Virus record (IMG/VR): IMGVR_UViG_3300010389_000128 | Location: 1-24,954 of that record | Origin: a virus | Lineage: Duplodnaviria; Caudoviricetes | Strand: one strand, 5' to 3' | Length of the DNA: 24,954 nucleotides | In this document: positions 1 through 9,419 of the stretch, piece by piece | Numbering within the stretch: position 1 is the stretch's first letter | How the letters are laid out: each line of letters begins with the position of its first letter | Notes under the pieces: generated by a model | Seen by the model: only the letters and a program-made list of their open reading frames with translations | Told to the model about the DNA's origin: nothing | Databases searched by the model: none | Program-made: the position numbers and the translations under genes

Positions 1-2
1 CA

Positions 3-3000
3 TCCTTCCCCTCGTCATACATCCCCACGACAGGCACCTCCCAAACCCGATACGCAGACATTGCAGCGGTGCAGGATGAGGATTTTGCGACGACGAATCT
101 GCTAGCGTATAGTGAGAGTTTTGATGTTGGGTGGAGTACGGTTGCATCTACGGTTTCTGCCAATGCGACAACCGCTCCAGATGGTCAGATGACCGCTGAT
201 AAGCTAATTGCCACATCTGCCGGAGGCGATCACTATGTTAGAGTCTCAACATCTGGAACAGTATCAACGCTATCGGTTTACGCAAAAGCTGCTGAATACA
301 ACTTCCTAAACCTTCGGGGCGAATTTGGTGGAGACATTCGTTTTGATCTCACAACTGGACAAGTAAATGGCAACGGATCATCAACATATATTGGAGATGG
401 ATGGTGGCGATGTAATGCCTATATATCATCTTACACCGGTGTAAGGATACAGATAGCAGCTAGCCTTACAAACAACAGCTTTACCGGTGATGATGTTTCC
501 GGCATCTACCTCTGGGGCGCACAACTAACCGAAACAGAATACCCCGTTGACTATGTATCTACAAGAAATATAGTAACAGATAGTCAGGATTTCGAGCGGT
601 CGTCGTGGGCGAAGATTGGCGCGACAGTTGACAATGACGTTGTGCTGGCACCGGATGGGACCATGACAGGGGATAAGATTGTTGAGGGATCTGGCGGGAC
701 AACCCATTACGTCAATCAAACCAACATACCATACACGGCTGGCGTAACATATTCGATTTCTAACTACTTGAAGGCGGGTGAGAGGACAAAGGCTTACGTT
801 TATATGCCAGCACCTATGTTTTCGGCGTCCGACCGTTCCGTGTTGGTGGATTTAAGCACTGGCACCTACGTATATTCAGGTGCGGGAACCGTGACGATGA
901 CAGATGTTGGAAACGGTTGGTGGAGAGTGGTTCTCACGATCACGGCTGTGGCGTCAGGGAGCGGCTATGGGAATAGCGTTAATACTGCCGACGCAGCCGG
1001 CGCACTAGTATATGCTGGTGACGGCATATCAGGGCTTTACCGGTGGGGCGCCCAGTTAGAACCAGGATCAACACCAACAGATTATTATAGAACAACAGAC
1101 GTTGTAGGAAAAAGATATCCTTGGTTTGAGATAACAGAGGGTACTGTGTTTATGGATTACAACCCAGACTTTATAGATACAACAGCCAGAAAATATCTTG
1201 TCTTTCTCTATGATACTGGAAATAACAGGTTTTCAATCAGAAGCAGCGATATCACATCTATAACTTATCCAATAGGAGCAATAGGAACAGGGACAACTGT
1301 TTTAGGTTTGAATGGGTCTTCTGTCACAGCCAAAACCGATCAAAATCTTTGTCTTGCATATGGTTCAACACAAAGCCTTGCTCAAAATGGTTTGTTGGAA
1401 GATACAAACTCAACGCAGTCCCAGATTATTCCTGGCCTAAATGCAATACATATATTAGGTAATAATGGGGGACAAATCCAGAACGGCCACATTAAACGCC
1501 TTACCTACTTTCCTGATCGTTTAGCAGATAATACTTTACAAGCAATAACAGATGTAGATAACCCATACTATCAAATATTAATAAGAACAACAAATACAGG
1601 AACAGGAAGTTCAGCAAATGATCAGTTTACCTTACCAGCAACAGGTACTTATACAGTTGACTGGGGAGATGGAACAGTAGAAACACTTACAGGATCACAA
1701 ACACATACCTATGCTTCTACTGGTGATTATGTTGTAAAGGTAAGTGGTGGCTTACAACAAATAACCTTTAACAACCTTGGTGATAAATATAAAATAGAAG
1801 AAATACAAAACTGGGGGCATATAAAGTGGACAAGTATGTTGGGTGCATACTATGGTTGCACCAATATGAATGTAACAGCAACCGATGCTCCTGATTTGAG
1901 TGGTGTTACAACTTTACAAGCTATGTTTCAAGGTGCTATTTCTTTCAACGCACCTATAGACAACTGGGATGTATCAAATATAACAAATATGTATTCTCTA
2001 TTCCTTGGTGCATCTTCGTTCAACCAACCTCTAAACAGTTGGGATGTTTCAAATGTAACGAATATGCAGCAAATCTTTCAAAACGCATCTGCTTTCAACC
2101 AACCTCTTAACAGCTGGAATACAAGTAATGTGACCAATATGAATAGTGCGTTCTTCGCAGCAACAGCTTTCAACGGAGACATAAGTTCTTGGGATGTTTC
2201 AAATGTTACTCGTATGGATTATATGTTCTACTTCGCTACAAACTTCAACCAAGACATCAGTTCTTGGGATACAGGGAATGTAACTGTTATGGCGGGAATG
2301 TTTAGAAGCGCTAACTCATTCAACCAACCTATTGGAAGTTGGGATACTTCAAGTGTAACGCAAATGTATCAAATGTTTATGAACAATCCCGTGTTCAACC
2401 AACCTCTAAACAGTTGGGATACTTCAAATGTAACAAGAATGGATTCTATGTTTCAAAATGCTACGGTATTCAACCAACCTCTTAACAGTTGGGATACTTC
2501 AAATGTAACAAGAATGGATTCTATGTTCCTGGGCGCTTCGGTATTCAACCAACCTCTAAACAGTTGGGATACCAGTAATGTGACTGATATGGGAAGTATG
2601 TTCAACGCAGCCACGGCTTTCAACCAAGACATTAGTTCTTGGGATGTATCAAGTGTGACGAATATGTATTCTATGTTCAACACAGCCACGGCTTTCAACC
2701 AACCTCTTAACAGTTGGGATGTGTCAAGTGTAACTGATATGCGCTACATGTTTATAAGTGCGACCTCGTTCAATCAAACTGTCAACTCTTGGGATGTAAG
2801 CAACGTAACACTTATGGGTTCAATGTTCAGGAACGCTACATCATTCGACCAGCCTCTAAACAGCTGGAATGTAAACAACGTCACGGATTTTGGAAGCTTC
2901 ATGTTAGGCAAAACCAACCTCGACTACTCCGCAGCCAACCTTGACGGTATTTACAACGGATGGATCGTATATGAACTACAAACAGCACTAAATATAAACT

Positions 3001-3326
3001 TCAATACCATCAAACATACAGCAGCAGGTAGTGAAGGTAAAGCACTACTAACAAGAACAAACGCTACTGTAAACGTTTCTAACGCAGCTGATAACGGTTC
3101 AGGTCTGATAAGAATAACAACAGGATCAGCACACGGTCTTTCAACTGGTAATAAAGTATTTATTAAAGATGTGGGCGGAACAACAGAAGCAAACGGTCTT
3201 TGGACTGTAACAGTTGTAAGTACTACTGAAATAGATCTACAAAGTTCTGCTTTTGTGAATACTTATACAACTGGCGGAACAGTAAGAACTGGTTATGGAT
3301 GGACAGTAACAGACGGAGGGATCTAA
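3..3326 (+). CDS. Tail fibre/adhesin-like protein, 5'-truncated: repeated beta-sandwich modules, PKD-like domain, DUF285/BspA-type repeats, C-terminal beta-barrel
   Basis: The frame is open from nt 3 ([19 protein letters not shown], a typical 'xSYIPT..TR.AD' phage fibre motif), so the GTG at 69 is not the true start. Two 'N....S..F...W...APDG.MT.DK....GWWR....WGAQL' modules; PKD-like 'YTVDWGDG...THTYAS.GDY.VKV'; 13 '[16 protein letters not shown]' repeats; C-terminal '[12 protein letters not shown]'. Confidence 0.8.
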   Translation, partial: SFPSSYIPTTGTSQTRYADIAAVQDEDFATTNLLAYSESFDVGWSTVASTVSANATTAPDGQMTADKLIATSAGGDHYVRVSTSGTVSTLSVYAKAAEYNFLNLRGEFGGDIRFDLTTGQVNGNGSSTYIGDGWWRCNAYISSYTGVRIQIAASLTNNSFTGDDVSGIYLWGAQLTETEYPVDYVSTRNIVTDSQDFERSSWAKIGATVDNDVVLAPDGTMTGDKIVEGSGGTTHYVNQTNIPYTAGVTYSISNYLKAGERTKAYVYMPAPMFSASDRSVLVDLSTGTYVYSGAGTVTMTDVGNGWWRVVLTITAVASGSGYGNSVNTADAAGALVYAGDGISGLYRWGAQLEPGSTPTDYYRTTDVVGKRYPWFEITEGTVFMDYNPDFIDTTARKYLVFLYDTGNNRFSIRSSDITSITYPIGAIGTGTTVLGLNGSSVTAKTDQNLCLAYGSTQSLAQNGLLEDTNSTQSQIIPGLNAIHILGNNGGQIQNGHIKRLTYFPDRLADNTLQAITDVDNPYYQILIRTTNTGTGSSANDQFTLPATGTYTVDWGDGTVETLTGSQTHTYASTGDYVVKVSGGLQQITFNNLGDKYKIEEIQNWGHIKWTSMLGAYYGCTNMNVTATDAPDLSGVTTLQAMFQGAISFNAPIDNWDVSNITNMYSLFLGASSFNQPLNSWDVSNVTNMQQIFQNASAFNQPLNSWNTSNVTNMNSAFFAATAFNGDISSWDVSNVTRMDYMFYFATNFNQDISSWDTGNVTVMAGMFRSANSFNQPIGSWDTSSVTQMYQMFMNNPVFNQPLNSWDTSNVTRMDSMFQNATVFNQPLNSWDTSNVTRMDSMFLGASVFNQPLNSWDTSNVTDMGSMFNAATAFNQDISSWDVSSVTNMYSMFNTATAFNQPLNSWDVSSVTDMRYMFISATSFNQTVNSWDVSNVTLMGSMFRNATSFDQPLNSWNVNNVTDFGSFMLGKTNLDYSAANLDGIYNGWIVYELQTALNINFNTIKHTAAGSEGKALLTRTNATVNVSNAADNGSGLIRITTGSAHGLSTGNKVFIKDVGGTTEANGLWTVTVVSTTEIDLQSSAFVNTYTTGGTVRTGYGWTVTDGGI
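1944..2918 (+). repeat. 13 tandem 75-nt (25-aa) DUF285/BspA-like repeats
   Basis: Units start at 1944, 2019, ... 2844 with an exact 75-nt period; 2394-2452 and 2469-2527 differ at one base. Confidence 0.9.
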
Positions 3327-3547
3327 TGATAAAACATTATTTAGCAACAGATAAGCAATCAGTATTTCACTATGGTTCTTATGACGACGAAACACAAATA
3401 CTAACAACAGGACAACCACATTTAGAACTATTTGATAGTGAAGAAGAACTACACAAAGTATTAGATGAGTATGGTGTAGATTATAGCGAACCGGTAATAG
3501 AAGAAGATCCTTTGTTACTTGAACCACCAATATTGGGAGAAGAATAA
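3326..3547 (+). CDS. Small acidic hypothetical protein, fibre-associated
   Basis: ATG at 3326 overlaps the fibre stop (TAATG), preferred over 3299; TAATG coupling again at 3547. Confidence 0.65.
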   Translation: MIKHYLATDKQSVFHYGSYDDETQILTTGQPHLELFDSEEELHKVLDEYGVDYSEPVIEEDPLLLEPPILGEE

Positions 3548-4083
3548 TGGAAGAAGAAATAGTTTTAGAAGAAGAAGTAATAGAACAAGAACCAAGACCA
3601 GTAGGATCTTTTTATTTAAGGTTTACTGATAAAGAACACTTTGAGCAAGCCTGTGAAGAAGCTGGCTTTGTTGAACACAATCCAATAGAGTGGAAGACAA
3701 TAAAAAAAACAATAGCAAGTGAAGATCCAGAAGGCAACTGGACTGAAGAAGAAATAGAAGAACAAGAACCTATTGCTTGGGAGAAGATAATAATAAAAAA
3801 TACTTTTGATTATACAATAGGTGACATAGGAATAATAGTAGAAGAAGGTGAGTGGACTTTTAACGAAGAAACAGGAGAGGTAGAACAAATAACCGAACCG
3901 TTAGAACTATCAGGATATCATATAAACTTTTCTGGTGTATTACCATTATCATTTGAGAGTGCTGTTATAGAAATACCAAACAAACCACACCATAAGATCT
4001 CAACCCTACACCATCCAAGCGACGAAATAGTATCTGACGCTTCACAGGAGCCACAGGAAGAGGTTTTATTAGAGGAAGTGTAA
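3547..4083 (+). CDS. Acidic protein resembling those that follow phage tail fibres (possible fibre assembly/chaperone)
   Basis: Coupled ORF; 'FYLRF.D...', 'GDIGII', 'GYHIN', 'P..P' pattern; position next to the fibre gene. Confidence 0.55.
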   Translation: MEEEIVLEEEVIEQEPRPVGSFYLRFTDKEHFEQACEEAGFVEHNPIEWKTIKKTIASEDPEGNWTEEEIEEQEPIAWEKIIIKNTFDYTIGDIGIIVEEGEWTFNEETGEVEQITEPLELSGYHINFSGVLPLSFESAVIEIPNKPHHKISTLHHPSDEIVSDASQEPQEEVLLEEV

Positions 4084-4089
4084 AAAGTT

Positions 4090-4437
4090 ATGGCTATAAG
4101 ATACCCAACGCAGAGAGAGCAAAACATAACACAATACATTGCTGATAGTACAATAAATGTTTCTAGTGGTACAGTTATACCTTTGGAAAACAGAACTCTT
4201 ATTCGTATAAACAGCACAGGTTCAGCTGGTTTTGAGTTTACACTTGAGGATGGTGATCGTGATGGTCTATACTTAATACTTGTAACAGAAGCAACAGCAG
4301 GTCACGGACATTTACGTAAAACAGGCAACTGTTCATTGTTAAAAAATGATTGGAACCCACACCAAGTAGGACATACTCTTGGACTTATTTGGAACGAAGC
4401 ACTTGATAGTTGGTTAGAACTTCATAGGAGAGACTAA
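4090..4437 (+). CDS. Hypothetical beta-rich protein, probably virion-associated
   Basis: Clean ORF in the operon; ends 'LIWN....W.E' like small fibre-type domains. Confidence 0.55.
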   Translation: MAIRYPTQREQNITQYIADSTINVSSGTVIPLENRTLIRINSTGSAGFEFTLEDGDRDGLYLILVTEATAGHGHLRKTGNCSLLKNDWNPHQVGHTLGLIWNEALDSWLELHRRD

Positions 4438-4438
4438 A

Positions 4439-4666
4439 ATGGATTGGATAGTTCAAAACATATTTCAACTAGTTGGTGTGGCTGGTGCAGTTGGTACAAG
4501 TGTGCTGGGAATAACAAAAATATATTTTAAAATAGAAAACCGTGTTAGATTTTTAGAGAAAGAAGTAAAAAGTCTGGATAATAAAATAGATAAAGATCTA
4601 AAAGAAGTGCACGATATTCTAAAAGAACTACGAAACGACATAAAACTTCTCTTACAAAAAGAATAA
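4439..4666 (+). CDS. Membrane protein with one TM helix plus coiled coil (holin-like candidate)
   Basis: Hydrophobic N-terminus (IFQLVGVAGAVGTSVLGITKIYF) followed by a heptad-rich charged tail; GGAG RBS. Confidence 0.5.
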   Translation: MDWIVQNIFQLVGVAGAVGTSVLGITKIYFKIENRVRFLEKEVKSLDNKIDKDLKEVHDILKELRNDIKLLLQKE

Positions 4667-4667
4667 T

Positions 4668-4692
4668 CTTTTTTTAAATACTACTTACTACT
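4668..4692 (+). promoter_or_regulatory. Putative phage-specific (late) promoter, T-run...CTACTTA-N5-ATG
   Basis: CTACTTA at 4681-4687, ATG at 4693; same spacing as five other copies. Confidence 0.6.
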
Positions 4693-4764
4693 ATGATAAA
4701 CTTTTTATACGGAATAGTTATTGGTTTATTTTTATTTAGAATATTACGAGGAGAAGAACTATGA
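4693..4764 (+). CDS. 23-aa hydrophobic microprotein MINFLYGIVIGLFLFRILRGEEL (not in the ORF track)
   Basis: Starts at the motif's +1; its TGA overlaps the next ATG (ATGA). Confidence 0.55.
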   Translation: MINFLYGIVIGLFLFRILRGEEL

Positions 4765-5105
4765 AAAAACTAAAAAACCTTTATCGTTTAGGAGTAGATG
4801 AAACAACTTACAGCAACGCAAAACTCAATCCAAACTGGGCTGTTCTACGAGTTATAAGTGAAGAAGACACAGAACAAAAGGTTGGAAGTATTATTCTTTC
4901 AGCAGGATCAGTAGAACAAAGCACAGGTGTATTATTATTTCAGTTAGTAAACTGTGGTGATAGATTTAGAGAGTTTTGGAAAGCAGAAAAAGGTGAAGCC
5001 TTTTTATTATCACATTTAGCAGGAGACCGTTTAGGAGATTTTGTTTTTGTAGAAAGCGAGGATGTCCTTATGAAATACGGTTTAGATGTTTATGCCGAGG
5101 AATAA
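4761..5105 (+). CDS. GroES/Cpn10-like co-chaperonin, divergent
   Basis: 'LNP..AVLRV..E...EQKVGSIILS....E.....V..G....KGE..L.S..AG.....FV.V...DVL' aligns by eye with the GroES mobile-loop and core pattern; GAGGAG RBS. Confidence 0.6.
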   Translation: MKKLKNLYRLGVDETTYSNAKLNPNWAVLRVISEEDTEQKVGSIILSAGSVEQSTGVLLFQLVNCGDRFREFWKAEKGEAFLLSHLAGDRLGDFVFVESEDVLMKYGLDVYAEE

Positions 5106-5328
5106 TAGAAAAAAAACAATAAAGACATCAGCAGAGTTGAGAGAGTTATTAACCACTCTCTCTCCTGATGCTGTTTCTATTTTAAAAGACGTTATGTTTG
5201 ATGATAAAATAGAAGCAAAGTTAAGAGTGGATGTAGCAAAGTTTATCATTACACAAGTATTGGATGATCCAGAACTTATAAACAACGGTGATAATCTTGT
5301 AAAACTTGCAGCCATACTAAAAGAATGA
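5086..5328 (+). CDS. Putative terminase small subunit (start 5086 or 5092)
   Basis: Small helical protein whose stop overlaps the TerL start (ATGA); positional inference only. Confidence 0.45.
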   Translation: MFMPRNNRKKTIKTSAELRELLTTLSPDAVSILKDVMFDDKIEAKLRVDVAKFIITQVLDDPELINNGDNLVKLAAILKE

Positions 5329-6797
5329 ACAAGCCGACAATAGAAAAAATAAAAAAGATTGCTTCTCTTTTACATATCTTAAACCAATCAACAGGTAAAA
5401 ACGAACCTTTCATTCTTTATGATCACCAAGAAAAACTCTTACAACAACTAATAGAAAACGATAAAGCAATAATACTAAAAGCAAGACAGTTGGGTATATC
5501 AACTGTTACTCTTTATTATGTTTTCTTATTAGCAGTAATGAACGAAGGTATAAACGTTGCTATTGCTGCTGACAACTGGGACAACTCCCAAGGTTTATTA
5601 GCAAAGATAAAAGAGTTTGGACAACAACTTGGACTAAAAACAAAAACAGATAATACAAAAAAACTTGTACTATCAAATGGTTCAAGCTTCTCTGCTATAA
5701 CTGTAAATACATCACTTGGAACAGAAAGCAAAGCAGGACGAAGTAGAACCTTTAATGTTTTACTATTAAGTGAAGCAGCATATTATAATAACTCTTTTGC
5801 TGTATTAGCAGCGCTTACAAGTGCTACAACAAAGAACCCAATAATAATACTGGAAAGCACAGCAACAGCAGCCCGTAATGCTTTTAGAAGCATCTGGGAC
5901 GGTAGTGATTATTACAAACACTTTATCTCTTGTCAAGACCACCAAAACTATGTGGAGAACCCAGAAGACATACAAGATAAAGATTATAAATACTTACAAG
6001 AAACCTATGGCTTTACAAGCAGAGAACACGCCTCTTACTGGTGGAAGAAACTTAACAACGAGTTTGGTGGTAATGTAAATCATTTACTACGAGAGTATCC
6101 TGTAATACCAGCACACAGTTGGACTTCTGCCAGCGGTAGGTTTATAGAAAAAGATCCTACTATAATGCAACCTTTGGCGATATACAGTAAAACAAAAGTT
6201 TATAGGGAACCACAACACGGAGGACACTTCATACTTGGAGTTGATGTAGCTGCAGGTGTAGGAAGAGATTATACAAGTGTAGTTGTATGGGATCTACTAA
6301 ACAGAAGTATTGCTGGTATTTATAGCAATAATACAGATAAGTTTCCAGACATAGAACAAGAGATAAGAAAACTTTATACATACTATTCTCCTCATGCTAT
6401 CTATGTAGAAAGTAATGGTATTGGTAGTGGACTAATACATATACTACAAAGAAGTGGACTACCAGCAGTAGAACATAAAACAAATGAAAGCAATAAGTAT
6501 GCCGGTTTATTGTTGGTGAAACAAGAGATAGAAAAAAATAATGTATGTGCTGATGATAAGTTCTCAAACGATGCTAGTTCACTTATCTATGAACTAAACA
6601 GTTCTGCAACAAAAGAAGCGTTCAATCACCCAGGAGATAGTCTTATGGCCTTATCCTTTTGTTTGTTGTATGAAGAAAGTTATAAATACATAATAGCACA
6701 ACCACCACCTCGTATGGAAGTAGCGGAAGGTCATTGGGATATGGAACGTTCCTTGCGTATAGGTGAAAGACAAAGAAAAAGGCAAAATCCTTTTTAG
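5325..6797 (+). CDS. terL: Terminase large subunit
   Basis: Q-motif LYDHQ, Walker A 'LKARQLGIST', Walker B 'LLLSEAA', coupling motif 'ILEST', RNase H-like nuclease 'ILGVDVAAGVGRDY', 'VESNGIG', C-terminal 'D.LMAL'. Confidence 0.93.
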   Translation: MNKPTIEKIKKIASLLHILNQSTGKNEPFILYDHQEKLLQQLIENDKAIILKARQLGISTVTLYYVFLLAVMNEGINVAIAADNWDNSQGLLAKIKEFGQQLGLKTKTDNTKKLVLSNGSSFSAITVNTSLGTESKAGRSRTFNVLLLSEAAYYNNSFAVLAALTSATTKNPIIILESTATAARNAFRSIWDGSDYYKHFISCQDHQNYVENPEDIQDKDYKYLQETYGFTSREHASYWWKKLNNEFGGNVNHLLREYPVIPAHSWTSASGRFIEKDPTIMQPLAIYSKTKVYREPQHGGHFILGVDVAAGVGRDYTSVVVWDLLNRSIAGIYSNNTDKFPDIEQEIRKLYTYYSPHAIYVESNGIGSGLIHILQRSGLPAVEHKTNESNKYAGLLLVKQEIEKNNVCADDKFSNDASSLIYELNSSATKEAFNHPGDSLMALSFCLLYEESYKYIIAQPPPRMEVAEGHWDMERSLRIGERQRKRQNPF

Positions 6798-6813
6798 GAT
6801 ACTACTTAAGTGT
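6791..6813 (+). promoter_or_regulatory. Putative phage-specific promoter, TTTTT...CTACTTA-N5-ATG
   Basis: CTACTTA at 6802-6808, ATG at 6814. Confidence 0.6.
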
Positions 6814-7230
6814 ATGAGTTTCTTATTTGATATAAATGATTTCCAAATAGAAAGCGAAATGTTGTCTGATAGACAACTTGAACTGCTTGATCCCCTATTA
6901 GAAAAGTTGGAGATAATACAAAAAGAAATATTTGATAAAACCTTATTGTATACAGACTTATACCTAACACCAACACAAAAGCGTAGATGGTTCTTATACT
7001 TTAAGTTAGGAACAATAAAAGCAGTAGCCGAAGAAGAAGGTGTATCAACAGCAGCAGTTCATAAAAGTTTATTAGGCACAAGAGACAACGAAAGCAGTCG
7101 TTGTAGTATAAAAAGCCCAGTAGATAAAATAGGTGAAATAATACAAAGTGATGCTATAATACAAGAAAAGTTATTAGAGATAAAAAGTATAAGAAACGAA
7201 ATAAACAACATTATAGAGGAGTATGTATGA
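6814..7230 (+). CDS. Sigma70 region-4-like HTH DNA-binding protein
   Basis: 'LTPTQKRRWFLYF...TIKAVAEEEGVSTAAVHKSL' matches the sigma r4 HTH pattern; ATG 6814 preferred over GTG 6763, which lies inside terL. Confidence 0.65.
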   Translation: MSFLFDINDFQIESEMLSDRQLELLDPLLEKLEIIQKEIFDKTLLYTDLYLTPTQKRRWFLYFKLGTIKAVAEEEGVSTAAVHKSLLGTRDNESSRCSIKSPVDKIGEIIQSDAIIQEKLLEIKSIRNEINNIIEEYV

Positions 7231-7508
7231 GAAAGAAAAAAGAAATAACAGAACAAACAGTTGATAGTGTATTGTTACAACATATAAAAGACGAAATAAC
7301 AAGTAGTAATGATTTTATTTTATCTTACATTAAAACACTTGCTATTCTACACGATGGTAGGTTTCACCTTGACGAGTTACGAGAAGCGTATGGTTGGAAG
7401 ATGCCCAAGGTATTAGCGTTGAGCGCGGCCATAAACCACTTTGCGGCACGAGGCTTGCTACGGAGAGGCAAGGACAGCAAGGAAGTGCTGCTTGAAGAAA
7501 CCACTTGA
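7227..7508 (+). CDS. Hypothetical protein, possibly winged-helix
   Basis: ATGA-coupled, GAGGAG RBS; 'FHLDELRE....LSAAINHFAARGLLRR' pattern. Confidence 0.55.
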   Translation: MRKKKEITEQTVDSVLLQHIKDEITSSNDFILSYIKTLAILHDGRFHLDELREAYGWKMPKVLALSAAINHFAARGLLRRGKDSKEVLLEETT

Positions 7509-7533
7509 CAGACGATCTGATCTGTGGTAGAGT
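7505..7533 (+). promoter_or_regulatory. Sigma70-type early promoter
   Basis: TTGACA (7505-7510), 17-nt spacer ending TGTGG (extended -10), TAGAGT (7528-7533). Confidence 0.8.
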
Positions 7534-7574
7534 TGGTAGGCGCTCTGGGCAGGAGCAGAAACAAGGAGATAAAA

Positions 7575-7862
7575 ATGGACAAACCAACAATCGGTGACTT
7601 GGTACTTCACAAAGGTACATACAACGACTTTCAAACAGCTGAACAAAAAGAGTTTGAAGACATTGGCATTATTGTAGAAATAAATGAGTTCTGGGCTGGG
7701 TGTACTGGTGAGCAGCTGCAAGAACTTATTGTTTACTGGCTTAAGTCAGAAGATTCTTCTATCATTAATACAGAAGACGAGATCATTTATGATCCAAAAG
7801 AAAGTTTTAGTGAATGGGTTGATCCAGTAACAGATACTTCAACCATTCAAAAGTTGTGCTGA
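7575..7862 (+). CDS. Small SH3/KOW-like paralog 1
   Basis: AAGGAG RBS at 7563 favours ATG 7575; 'IGDLV...GIIVE...IVYW'. Confidence 0.7.
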   Translation: MDKPTIGDLVLHKGTYNDFQTAEQKEFEDIGIIVEINEFWAGCTGEQLQELIVYWLKSEDSSIINTEDEIIYDPKESFSEWVDPVTDTSTIQKLC

Positions 7863-7880
7863 AATAGAAAGGAAATAAAA

Positions 7881-8291
7881 ATGAAAAACGTAATAGGCGA
7901 ACTAGTAAAAGAAAGAAAAAACTGGCATAACTCCCCAAGAGTAAGGGGAGTATGTAATGTAAGAATAGATCAAAGAACAAAAGATACTCCCTATGATCTT
8001 TGTATTATGGGAGTAAAACCTGGGTCAGCTTCACGAACAAATGAATACTGGACTTTAGATGGAGTATATCATAGTGGTAAACTTGGACCTAACGAGATAG
8101 ATAGTGTATTTAAAAACTTTGAAGACAATACCAGTTGGGAAGACCACGTTGTATGGATAAAACCAAGCTTTGCTTGTATTTGTACTGATCAAATAAAGTA
8201 TGAAAAAAAGAATCAAGTAAAGTTTGTGAAACTCCTACTCCCAGATAATACAGAAGCATGGGTGCACATAAACGACGTTGAGATTGTATAA
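7881..8291 (+). CDS. Small early protein, divergent paralog 2
   Basis: AAGGA RBS; 'IGELVK' N-terminus, 'VKLL......AWV...DVEIV' C-terminus. Confidence 0.65.
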   Translation: MKNVIGELVKERKNWHNSPRVRGVCNVRIDQRTKDTPYDLCIMGVKPGSASRTNEYWTLDGVYHSGKLGPNEIDSVFKNFEDNTSWEDHVVWIKPSFACICTDQIKYEKKNQVKFVKLLLPDNTEAWVHINDVEIV

Positions 8292-8316
8292 AAATACTTT
8301 CTCCACGAGCAAGGGC

Positions 8317-8345
8317 TTGACCTGCCGGCAGATCTGTGGTAGAAT
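8317..8345 (+). promoter_or_regulatory. Sigma70-type early promoter
   Basis: TTGACC (8317-8322), 17-nt spacer, TAGAAT (8340-8345); shares GATCTGTGGTAGA with the 7505 promoter. Confidence 0.8.
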
Positions 8346-8378
8346 GATCTGGGGCAGGCACCCCATAAGGAGATCAAA

Positions 8379-8597
8379 ATGAAAACATACAGCGCAGGTG
8401 ATCTGGTAGAAGATACGAGTGGCCGTTGGGGTCTTGTGTTGGAAGCACAACAGTCACTACAAGACTTCGGCACTTACATTATGGTTAAGTGGAATGATAA
8501 GAGTGTAGAAGGTTATGACTTTGAAGACGGCACACTTGAAGAGAAAAGTTGGATGCCTATTATCAACCATACTATTGTTGTAGGAGATAAAAAATGA
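8379..8597 (+). CDS. Small SH3/KOW-like paralog 3
   Basis: AAGGAG RBS; 'AGDLV...GLVLE...MVKW'. Confidence 0.75.
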   Translation: MKTYSAGDLVEDTSGRWGLVLEAQQSLQDFGTYIMVKWNDKSVEGYDFEDGTLEEKSWMPIINHTIVVGDKK

Positions 8598-8815
8598 TTA
8601 CTTATAAAGTTGGCTCTCTTGTTACTACTTATGCAGACCATCGCAAAGTAGGTGTTGTATTAGAAGTAAACGATGACGAAACGTATTGGGAAGATTTAGA
8701 AGATAAATATCTCCCCTATACTACTATGGTTATTCGTTGGGCAGACGGTTCACAAGAGGACTATGAAATCTATGGTCCACCGGAAGAACAAGGTGATCTT
8801 CCTATTGTTGGTTGA
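8594..8815 (+). CDS. Small SH3/KOW-like paralog 4
   Basis: AGGAG RBS; 'VGSLV...GVVLEV...VIRWADG'. Confidence 0.75.
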   Translation: MITYKVGSLVTTYADHRKVGVVLEVNDDETYWEDLEDKYLPYTTMVIRWADGSQEDYEIYGPPEEQGDLPIVG

Positions 8816-8832
8816 TAATAAAGGAGAAAAAA

Positions 8833-9087
8833 ATGATTACTTATAGCGTTGGAGATCTTATTAGTGAGAACTGGGATGATATGAAACCAGAAGTCCTTAA
8901 ACATATGCCAGAACCTCGTGTAGGCCTTGTAATAGAAGTAAACGAGGAAGATCCCTTTTGGGACGATGAAGGCAACACAGAAACAGATAATAACTTTATT
9001 GTTATTCGTTGGGCAGATGGTACAGAAGAGAAGCAAGAACTATGGGGTGGTATAGAAGAAATACATACCCTCCCTATTATTGGCTGA
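8833..9087 (+). CDS. Small SH3/KOW-like paralog 5
   Basis: AAGGAG at 8821 favours ATG 8833; 'VGDLI...GLVIEV...VIRWADG'. Confidence 0.75.
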   Translation: MITYSVGDLISENWDDMKPEVLKHMPEPRVGLVIEVNEEDPFWDDEGNTETDNNFIVIRWADGTEEKQELWGGIEEIHTLPIIG

Positions 9088-9112
9088 TAATACAAAATAA
9101 AAGGAGATAAAA

Positions 9113-9388
9113 ATGAGTATTGTAGGCGAGTTAGTAGAACTAAACACAAAAGGTCTTCCACAGATTGTAACAAACATTTGTGGATACAAGAACGATCCCT
9201 ATAAAGAAAAAAAGAAAGTAGTAGATCCTATTACCAATACTGTGTATGAGGAGGATAATGGTTCTCCCATAGTTGTAGACAAAGAAGACGTTGGTATGAT
9301 AGTAGAAACAAAAGGTAAGTATGTTTTAGTCAGTTGGATCAAAAGCGGCTGCTTATGGACTTGGTATAAACATTTAAACCTTCTATAG
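9113..9388 (+). CDS. Small SH3/KOW-like paralog 6
   Basis: AAGGAG RBS; 'VGELV...GMIVE...LVSW'. Confidence 0.7.
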   Translation: MSIVGELVELNTKGLPQIVTNICGYKNDPYKEKKKVVDPITNTVYEEDNGSPIVVDKEDVGMIVETKGKYVLVSWIKSGCLWTWYKHLNLL

Positions 9389-9395
9389 CATAAAC

Positions 9396-9419
9396 TTTTT
9401 TTGGAGACTATTTACTCTT
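9396..9419 (+). promoter_or_regulatory. Putative phage-specific promoter, T-run...CTATTTA-N5-ATG
   Basis: CTATTTA at 9408-9414, ATG at 9420. Confidence 0.6.

Noticed and set aside
1944-2918. Repeats as a CRISPR array or a DGR template/variable repeat pair
   Set aside because: They are in-frame coding repeats without unique spacers, differences are not adenine-specific, and there is no reverse transcriptase in the window.
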